A stretch of DNA of 64,000 nt. It comes from Marsupella aquatica (taxonomy: Eukaryota > Plantae > Marchantiophyta). The stretch is taken from positions 6,115-70,114 of the forward strand of contig CCZZQB010000055.1 in the NCBI GenBank assembly GCA_973895155.1, in the 5' to 3' direction. Under the pieces are notes generated by a model. The model worked only from the letters and a program-made list of their open reading frames with translations, ran no database searches and was not told the DNA's origin. A program made the position numbers and the translations under genes. Shown one piece after another: positions 55,433 through 64,000 of the stretch; the stretch's first letter is position 1; the number at the start of each line of letters is the position of its first letter.

Positions 55433-56772
55433 TTACTCGGAAGAGTCATTGTTGTCACTCTGGCCAGCAGATTGTTCTTGACCCTTCCCCTCAGGTGTGC
55501 CACCCTCATCTTCGTCTGCTGTCGCACCACTTGACTCATCGTCAGAGTCAAAATTAAGTACAGAATGAAGCTTGTCTCTCCTTTTCTTTTTGGGTGGTTG
55601 AATTGGGGGTGGCAAAGTTTTGACTTCCTTTGGAGAAAGTAGATTTAAGAACACCTTGGAACCAGTTTCAACAAAATCTTTCCTATTCTCCACTCCAATT
55701 ACAATCCTCCCAGAATAGTCTCCAACTACAAAAGAGCTACCCGACCCCACTGTCCAATCCATGAAAATATCCCTAGGCCGAGTGATGAGCTCAATCATAG
55801 ATTGCATGAATCCAACCAACAAACGAGCATTCCTAGCAAATTCCATCTCAGGTATTGGATCGACTTTGAGAGAGGGAAGTCCAATTAAATTTGTTATGGA
55901 GGGATCTTTCGTGACAGACAGAGGTCTAAATCTTGAGTCTTTTGGCACCTTCCCTTTTTCAGACACTCGACAGAAGACGTCCAGTCTGAGCGTGAAGATC
56001 TGAAATATAACCCAAGAATGGTACGTCAATGGATGCATTCATAAACATTCTTTGAACTGCAAACCAGATGTCACGATGAGAAATTTACCTGTTGGTCGGT
56101 CTTCGGCGCGTACATTGGAACTGACATGACAACATTGTGTGTCGAGATGCAATGAAACTTCTTTGATTCCTGACAAGTCGATATAACCTGAGACATCGGA
56201 TCGTACTCCCCGTTATGTAAAATGGCCAGCATTCCGTCATCAGATAAAAATGGATCCATTCCACGAAAGAAAGAGGTGGCCAATGAGTGGTCGGGGACAT
56301 TTCATTTTGGGACTTTTCTGTCTAGCATAGATGGTTTAAGTCCCGTCGGATGGTAGATAAAACCCGCGTGGACTCCAAACAATCTCTCCTTTCCCCCACG
56401 CACAATGCCCTTCTCTCAAAAACTAGACTTCATGAGATCCTTTCCTCATTTCTCTACACCATTCACCCAGTCAGGCTTCTCTCCTTTGTTAAATGTTGAG
56501 TAGAATTCTGAGATGCTAGATTCAACAAGGCAATGCCTTGAAAGTCTACTCTTGAAGTCCCCAACTTCACGTTGAAGACCTACAGTAGCAGCACTTTCTC
56601 GAGAGGAAGATCCACCTTCAATGGTCCTTTTCATCTTCTTCCTTGTACTGATGGCATCCACTGGAGCAATAGCCTTCCCTTTCTCAGCGGGAGTAATTGG
56701 ATCGAATGGTGCTCCGGTATTGGCTTCAGACGCCTCTGGGGTGGCATCTATCTTTGTATCTCCGCTTCCCAC
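55433..56772 (-). pseudogene. Decayed amino-methyltransferase-like gene
   Basis: LITRPRDIFMDWTVGSGSS (SAM-binding-like motif) preceded by ARNARLLVGFMQSMIE; upstream SFFRGMDPFLSDDGMLAILH resembles the helix-strand after motif IV; several TGA stops. Confidence 0.55.
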
Positions 56773-59385
56773 GGCGTCTTATTTTCTCCCTGTTCAAATG
56801 GATGTCGATGTGATATCCGTCAATATTGAGACAACGACAATGCTAACGCCCAGCGCTGGCCAAACTATCTATAAGACTTGGCCTTAAATATTCACCTTTT
56901 TGACTAAAATAACCAATTCAGTTCTGAAATATTGACACTCATAGCAGCGCTGGGCGCTAACAATGTAACAGATATTGACTGCCATAACAACGGCAAGCGC
57001 TAACAATGTGACAGATATTGACTGTCATAGCAGCGTCGGGTGCTAACCAAAGAGATACAAATTATACTTACATTTTTTCCCACATATTGTTGATTCACTT
57101 GGGGCCGTAGTATCTGCTTTTGCTTTGCCGCGAGGCTTCCTGCTTTGGTCAACATGAACAATTGTTGTCTCACATATTGTTTGCAATTCTGTTGTGGATT
57201 GATCCACATCATCTGGAAGCCCTTGCTTCATGTCATAAACAATGTTGACTGGGATCTGGGACTTAGACAGCTTATGGAAAGCATCCTTTTCTCTGTGATC
57301 AAAGGGCGAGTCCCATCTATCTGTATCTAGGCACCATGGACAATGGGTTCTCCCCCATTCACTCAAAGGTCTTGCTGGGAAAATTCCCACGGCAGGATAC
57401 ATAGAATACAAATCGCTCTCCGGTATTACAGTCCACTTGAGGAAGGCGGCAGGATACGCCCAAAAGTAATCAGGTTTTGTAGCATCCACATGGATGTAAA
57501 AACGGTAGAGGTACCTTTCTGCTTGCTTCTGGTTCTTCAAAGAGTAATCCTCTTTGTCAGGATACTCATTGTATTAAAAAACTTACCCTTGACAGAGTCA
57601 CCGTATTTCTTAAAATCATTCGTGACTGTCAATTAGAGATTTGAATGATTCACATGCCCAATCTTGTAAATGATTCACGGGAATGGTTTGTTGGACCTCT
57701 CGCAAAGCACATTGCAACATCCCCACCGCAATCCCTTCTACATTATTCCATGTAATCCAGGTGTGACACCACTATTTTACTGGATCATCATTGATGGAAG
57801 AATTGTCTTCGGAGCTCCAAATTGCAATGTGCTACAAGCAAAGTCCTTCGTAGCTTGGGATCCAGAGCCTAAAAAGCCTGGCCCGGTCCATGGTACACAA
57901 CACGGTATCTGGCTTCTTCTCCCGCTTATTCCTCTCCGTGACAACATACATTTATGCGCACGTAGACAGAAAGTCTTCAAACTCTGGACTCAACAATGGA
58001 GTGATTTTTGAGGTTTTTGCTGCCCATTCCTTGGTTGCTTCGGGTATGGCCACCGAGACAGGAAACAGGAAAACAGGAATTCTGGTAGCAGATTTTTTTG
58101 TTGCTGTTATTAGGAATAGGTTGCTGTTACCAGGAAAAGTTAGTCATTGGAACAGGATAATACTTCATTACTTCAAGCCAGATACATCTGAAAAAAAGCA
58201 ATATGCATTACGCTTCATTTACATTCTAGAGCTTAGAACCAACTAACATGGCAACAATTGTTGTCTGATGATAAGTGAGTCCAGAATCACCAACATACTT
58301 CTGGAAAATAGTGTCCCAAAAACCACAGACACACAAACATTTACCAGTGAATGCCATGGGAAAAAACATTGACATGGTTGGTCCCACCATAAGTAACATA
58401 ATATTATAGGCCAACAATAAGGCAGAAAACCAGAAATGAAAACTCTGGACAATTTGAAAGACCACCGGCGATGGGCTAGCGCCTGGGGCTAGCTAAAATG
58501 GAAACAACCAACCCATTTAGAAAATGACATTGGATGAATGCATAATGTGGGAAACAAAAATTTAAAATATCATTTGTAGTGATAGGATTACAATGAAGTA
58601 AATGATAATAAGGAAGACTTCCATCCCAGCGCCAGGCGCTAACATAAAACTATACCGTTGTAATACGACAAAAACTAATATAACCGTTTCAAGTATAGGA
58701 CAATTTATATATCCTTCTCTATAAACCATGAGCATTCTTCCTCTCCAAGATCAGTTGGACTTCTCCAACTGTGAGAATTGGTTGGCTGGTCAAAGTAGAT
58801 TCCTCAACGTCTAGTTTGAAAACGGTCTGGAAAACCCTAAACTCTGTAAGGTATTCAAGTTGTAGTTCGGCAGCGAGGTGATGGCGAATGATATACAGTG
58901 CCTGAGCCTTTTGTTGTAATGTGCCATTGATATCTGCTAAGATAATGTCGCCGAGGCCTTTCATGTTGAGAACAATTTATGTATTTTGTGCCCAAGATAA
59001 ATAATTGTCGCCATCTGTTGCGAGCAATGGGAATTGGAGCTTCTCCAATGTTGTCATAGTCGACGAAAATTTTGTGGTGTACTTGGCGAAAGAAAAGAAA
59101 TGTGTCTTGGGGAATTTCGTTCGATGCTTCATTCACATGAATAGGGAAAAAATTCACAAGAGTAGCTTGAGAGTTGTTGGAGGAGCAAAATCATGTGCTT
59201 ATAACGTGTTAAACTATGAAATATACATACTGTACCAACAAAAGATGATTGAATTTCTCTTAAGCCAATGTGGCTTATCTTATATTGTACATTGGGGTAG
59301 TTGTAACTACCCTCTCCTAGTCTTGTGTCTCTTTATACCTAGGTATTGCATACCTCTTTGTATCATCATATGGACTAAGGGTTAA

Positions 59386-60431
59386 TGTGGTGCGTCCCAT
59401 GGCTCCCTAAACCCAAGAAACCCCCCAGCTCAAGCCGATTCCCGCAGGTTTCGTGCTTGGCGAGGCCGTTTCCGCGGCTTAGCGGCATGGGACGCTGCTA
59501 ACCTTCTACTACTACTATTAACATTTTACACACATATACTGGACAGATCCTTCATCGGGTCATGAGATACGTAGCCGGCCTAATATAGGCCTTCCCCTGT
59601 CTTCCCCTGTCTTCCTGTTAGGTATGTTTGGATTCCGCCGCCGGAATGATCCCCAATAGGCTTGGTTAAGCCGCTAAGACCTCTCTCAGCTCGACACATC
59701 CAACTCTCACTCCCCTGCTTACTTTCCTTCCTTCTGTTGATGTGGGCACTCTTCACACAAGTTAATGCGACACACAAATAGCAAAATGACTCATTCTGAC
59801 TGAGTCATACCATGCACTTGCCATACAAACAGTACATCTCATACACAAGTTCTGCGAACTAAGCCGTGAGGCCAACTCTATTCAGCTCTTAGGCATGAGG
59901 AAACATGAATATACACAAGGGTCACTGTATGACTAACCGAGAGCTTCTCGTACTACTTGATCCCAGCCCGGCTGGTGCAAACTAAAAACTTGCTAAAGAA
60001 GAGGCCCTGAGCTCCCCGCTGCCCAGGTACTTATCCTGGTAGTGGATCCGCCATTCTTTGCATCGTAAGCCTAATCTACTTAACAGTAATCTACTTGCCC
60101 GAATCTACCTATGTACAGCAAGGCAGGAGCACAAGTGTTGCTCCTACCAGTGGGACCGCAATCCCACTAAGCTAAGTGTCAGGGCCGCTCCTGGTTCTGA
60201 TCCTAATCCTAAACGTGGAGATCCGCGCCCGCCCTGCCCACTCACGCCTCCTCCCTCCACGTCCGCCTTCCCTAAAAGGAACGGCGCCCTTGCACTATCA
60301 TGACACCGGTGGTGGATCCTCAATGGACGCCCCCAACACTTCCTCCTCAGCCACTGTCGTTGGCCCGCCTACTGACAGATTACCTGCCCTTGACCGAGTC
60401 AACTCTCCATCGGCCTGACTGGGTCCACCTT
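59386..60431 (-). repeat. 3' 1.05 kb of a family A LTR (copy A4), near-identical to A1; interrupted at 60431
   Basis: Reverse complement of about 8983-10027 with only a handful of substitutions by eye. Confidence 0.92.
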
Positions 60432-61544
60432 TGTGTCACTTGCCTCTCCAACGGTTAATACGTGCAAACCGCACTTTTCTTCGCTTAAACCGTTGGTATC
60501 GTATTACGGGGTCGTGGAGGGACGCTATTTGGATTCTTTTCACACCAGGATGAGTATTTTGGTTTCCGCTCCCGGAAATGTAGGTTTTGATCAAGTCTAC
60601 CGACTACCCTCACCCCACAGCTTTTGATCAAGTCCTGCCGACTACCCCACTACACCTTCACTCGGAGTCACCCAAAGAGTGCTGTCACCACCCCTACTCA
60701 CAAGGCCGACTCAAACCAAGCAAGTTTCTTCAAATCATAGAACGGGAGAACACAATTCGGAAAGCGAAAAAGGGAGAAGGAACACACAACAAAAGCCCAT
60801 CAAGTCAAATGTACAGATCCATATCTCTTGGGAAAAACGATACACATTGCATGAGTAACCCGGCCTCCTGCCGTCTACTCAACTCCTGCCTCTCCGGACA
60901 ATGAGTATGGCTCCCCCTCACTACTCTGAACACGCTTTCAAACTCCTCAGGCTCCACTCTATCCCTCCTTGCTAACTTCACACTGAGTCCCCCTAACTAC
61001 TTCGGGGCTATCCCCCTAAATACTGAAAAATCACACCAAAGCACCCCTCACAGGGTCACAACGGTGGCGGCTACCCTAGCGGCGCCGCTAAAACCTTGCA
61101 CTAAGAGAAATCCTTAAACTGAAGAGGAGCATGCGGCACACACATGCTGCTAAAACCCTAAACCCAAAACAAGGGGGCCGACGGTGCCTTCGACGGCGCC
61201 CCAACAGTACACGTGAACCCTGAAAGTGAGAGGCACCCCAAAATGGCCGAAACTAGGTGCCCTTCCAAGTGCACACCTGAGCTCACCCCTGGATAGCTCT
61301 TCTTTTCCTGCTTCCGAATCACTAAGTCGCTCCCTCAACGGACTTCAGACGCCTGAGTTATGGCCGTTTCCGTACCGCAAAAACATAAGTTCTCCAGGCC
61401 ATAACTTGCTCATCCTGGCTCCGTTTGAGGAGCGCCGCCTCTTGTTGGAATCAGCTCCGCGAGCTCATCCCAACAAGCCCATGAGTGACCCCCCACTAAA
61501 ATGTTGGAAATCTGGAGGCCGTACACCCACGTCCGTACGCCTAT

Positions 61545-63401
61545 CTAATCCTCCTCTTCTTCTTCGCTCTCGGTGCCCGGACTTGTGCCCCGTGAGTGGT
61601 CCTCCTCCTCATCACTCACGGGAGTGAGTGCCACCGTACTTTTCTTCTTCTTCGACGGAGTACTCTTAGTGCTGCTGCTCCCGCGCTTCCTCAAAGCAGC
61701 CAAGGCCTGCCACGCCTTGATGTACCCCTCACCAATTGTGTCCTTCCAGAGGGTAGCCTCTTCTCCGGACCGCAACTCCAACGGTAGAACTTGCCCCGTG
61801 GCCATGGGAGTCCCGGGGGTGACAGACCTGGGTGGCATCCCCGTACTGACCTGAGCCTCCCGTAACGATTTCCGTACCTCCCGGAGCTTCTTCTCCAAGC
61901 TCTTACTCTTCTCCTGACTCTTCTTGGCTCCATCCAACAAGGGTCCATACTTCCCACTAACCTCCTTCACCACCATCTCGATAGCTTGGGAGATCACATC
62001 CGGGGAAAGTGTGGAGCCAGGTGTGCCGGGACTCTTCCGTTTCCCTAGACTCAGGGCCTCACTTCTCTTCGCTCGTGTCTCAAAGGCTGCCACCTGACTC
62101 CGTAGTGCTCCCACCTGGTTCCTCCACTCCATCACTTCTCCAGAATTTTGCTTCTCTTTGGCCAATGCTTGCCTCAACGCTCCTACTTCTTCTGCTTCCT
62201 TGGCCTTGGTGGACAAAGCTCCCTTCAAGTTGGTGATCTCTACGTGAGCTGCATTGATGTGCCTGACCTTCTCATGAATGGTCTGCTCCTTGGTCTTGAT
62301 CACCTCCTTCAGTGACAGGATGCTCTGCTCTAACGTCTCTACTTTGACTGTGGCGTGCTTGAGAGACTCCCTCAATGCGTGGACTAGCTTGAGTCCCTCG
62401 TGGACTCCCTCTCTGAAATCCCGTAGCTCTGCCAAGTAAACATCCGGAATGTTGTATTCCAGAGGCTGTTTCGGATCTCCCACGAGTGATTCAAGCCACT
62501 CCAATGTGCAATCATCCTCCTGGTTCTCTTCTTCTCTATTATCCTCCCCACCAGCAGACAATGATTCCTCCGTGAGCTTCCCTAAAACGGTAGTGGCAAT
62601 ACTCCGGATCTCCGTGGTGAGAGATGATCCCGTGTCTTCATGCCCCGGAGAACCAATCAACCCTTCTGCCCTGGCCAATACAAATGACCCCATCAAATGT
62701 ACAGCCCCACCTGGTTTCACACTCCCGGGCTCAGCGGCCAATAGCTTCTTCAATCCGTAGCACCACCATCCGTACACATGGGCTGGGTAGTTCTTGATGT
62801 CCATAGCTACCACGAAATGCTCCTCATTCAGCACTCCGGATTGCACGTTGCCAAGAACCCGTTGATGCACCTTGGCCAGGAAGCCCTTATACTCAACATC
62901 CTTGACAGCAGAAAGAGGGATGGCGGTGGTGGAGGTAGGATTGGTCACCCAAGTGGCCACCATTTTCAACGTGAGTTCTCCCCTGATATTCCGAGGTGTG
63001 AATGAGAATTTCTGATTCTCAAGAAACAATAGCTTAGCCAACTCCACATGGGGCACTACACGTTTGAGACATTCAAAGTAGATTCCCTCCGTTCGGAACT
63101 CCATCCCGGCCTCAATGTCCCAGCTCTTCCCTGAAGGGATGGTAATCTCCACCTTCATGAATTCTGTAAGCCCGGTGGCTTGGAAAATGTTCCGACAATC
63201 CTCCATCACCTTGGTGGAGGTCTTGGGATAAATTCGACGAAAAATCTTCCTACCCACCGGTGAGGAACCCGCTGCCAATCCCGTGCTCATCATAACTTCT
63301 CTCTCTTCCCTTTCCCGTGTAATCCGAGTCTCCACGTAGTCACGGTAAGCAGCCTTGTATCTCCGAATGCGTGACGCACTAAACTCTGGTTGATCTAGCA
63401 T
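61545..63401 (-). CDS. Retroelement accessory protein (618 aa): globular N-terminal region, coiled coil, basic/acidic tail
   Basis: Intact ORF; architecture parallels the other LTR-embedded ORFs, but sequence similarity is weak. Confidence 0.6.
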   Translation of the reverse strand: MLDQPEFSASRIRRYKAAYRDYVETRITREREEREVMMSTGLAAGSSPVGRKIFRRIYPKTSTKVMEDCRNIFQATGLTEFMKVEITIPSGKSWDIEAGMEFRTEGIYFECLKRVVPHVELAKLLFLENQKFSFTPRNIRGELTLKMVATWVTNPTSTTAIPLSAVKDVEYKGFLAKVHQRVLGNVQSGVLNEEHFVVAMDIKNYPAHVYGWWCYGLKKLLAAEPGSVKPGGAVHLMGSFVLARAEGLIGSPGHEDTGSSLTTEIRSIATTVLGKLTEESLSAGGEDNREEENQEDDCTLEWLESLVGDPKQPLEYNIPDVYLAELRDFREGVHEGLKLVHALRESLKHATVKVETLEQSILSLKEVIKTKEQTIHEKVRHINAAHVEITNLKGALSTKAKEAEEVGALRQALAKEKQNSGEVMEWRNQVGALRSQVAAFETRAKRSEALSLGKRKSPGTPGSTLSPDVISQAIEMVVKEVSGKYGPLLDGAKKSQEKSKSLEKKLREVRKSLREAQVSTGMPPRSVTPGTPMATGQVLPLELRSGEEATLWKDTIGEGYIKAWQALAALRKRGSSSTKSTPSKKKKSTVALTPVSDEEEDHSRGTSPGTESEEEEED

Positions 63402-63836
63402 CCATGCATCCCGAAATCAATTTCTCAATCACCAATCCCGTCACCCGTGGCAATGTCAATTCCCTGGCCCGAAACAGCCCCCGTAGCCCGATCACTTAAA
63501 TTCTCTCAATTTCCCGTCACTACTCCGTGCGGCCGCCACTAATGCCTGGAAGAATGACGCCAGCAAGCCCCACTAATCCACCATGAAAGAGAGAGCTTCA
63601 AAAATAATTAGAATCTGGAGAGAGCTTCCGGCAAGAGAGAGAAGAACCCCGTTTTTGCTTTCGGCAATGAGAGGGTCGTGCAAAAGGAAGAGGGAAAGAA
63701 AAAGGAAGGAAAAAAAAATAGAACCGAAAAAACTCCTGGCGCCTTCGCCATGCGCCCCGGCCCATTTCTCGGGCCTTACCCTTGCGTCCTCCTGCGCGCG
63801 GCCCTATGCAGGGCGCGCGGCCATTCCTCCCGGCTC

Positions 63837-64000
63837 GCGGGAGGCCCTTCAACTCCCCCCCGCTCGCGTGATCCTCCCAGCTCGCGGGAGGCCCTTTAAC
63901 TCCCCCCCGCTCGCGTGATCCTCCCAGCTCGCGGGAGGCCCTTTAACTCCCCCCCGCTCGCGTGATCCTCCCAGCTCGCGGGAGGCCCTTTAACTCCCCC
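63837..64000 (+). repeat. 47-bp GC-rich tandem repeat (at least 3.5 copies)
   Basis: GCGGGAGGCCCTTTAACTCCCCCCCGCTCGCGTGATCCTCCCAGCTC starts at 63837, 63884, 63931 and 63978. Confidence 0.92.

Larger units (their letters stand above)
60432..64000 (-). mobile_element. Probable ORF-bearing LTR of another family (D) inserted into A4; runs off the window
   Basis: Plus-strand TGTG begins exactly where A4 similarity ends; ORF followed by about 1.1 kb of non-coding DNA to that end, the same layout as families A, B and E. Confidence 0.55.

Noticed and set aside
892-63918. Numerous short antisense or alternate-frame ORFs overlapping gag, pol, the LTR ORFs and the transposase
   Set aside because: Shadow frames of GC-rich or biased coding sequence; their recurrence simply reflects repeat copies.

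Overview
Repeat-dense eukaryotic DNA, probably from a land plant (inferred from Athila/Tat-like Ty3 elements, GT-AG introns and an L1 fragment; species cannot be determined). No ordinary host gene is evident. The window is a nested stack of Ty3/gypsy retrotransposons plus one intact-looking 13.5-kb DNA transposon. Two systems stand out. (1) A Sola-like DDE transposon (10690-24147) with 26-bp TIRs and an ATAT target duplication; excising it restores the reading frame of the ORF it interrupts. It carries a spliced ParB-like/amino-methyltransferase-like fusion gene, an FCP1/NIF-type HAD phosphatase-like gene, and two arrays of a 25-bp palindrome lying between the cargo genes and the divergent transposase. 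(2) Ty3 families whose 3.6-4.7-kb LTRs contain a long sense-strand ORF, about 1,100 aa in the best-preserved family, with a shared conserved domain plus a coiled coil. Solo LTRs with 5-bp TSDs carry the whole ORF. Element 1 also has a candidate -1 ribosomal frameshift signal (G_GAU_UUU, a perfect 10-bp stem and a possible pseudoknot) placed between protease and RT. A second, decayed methyltransferase-like gene lies at about 55.4-56.8 kb. Domain names come from motif recognition by eye; no database searches were run.
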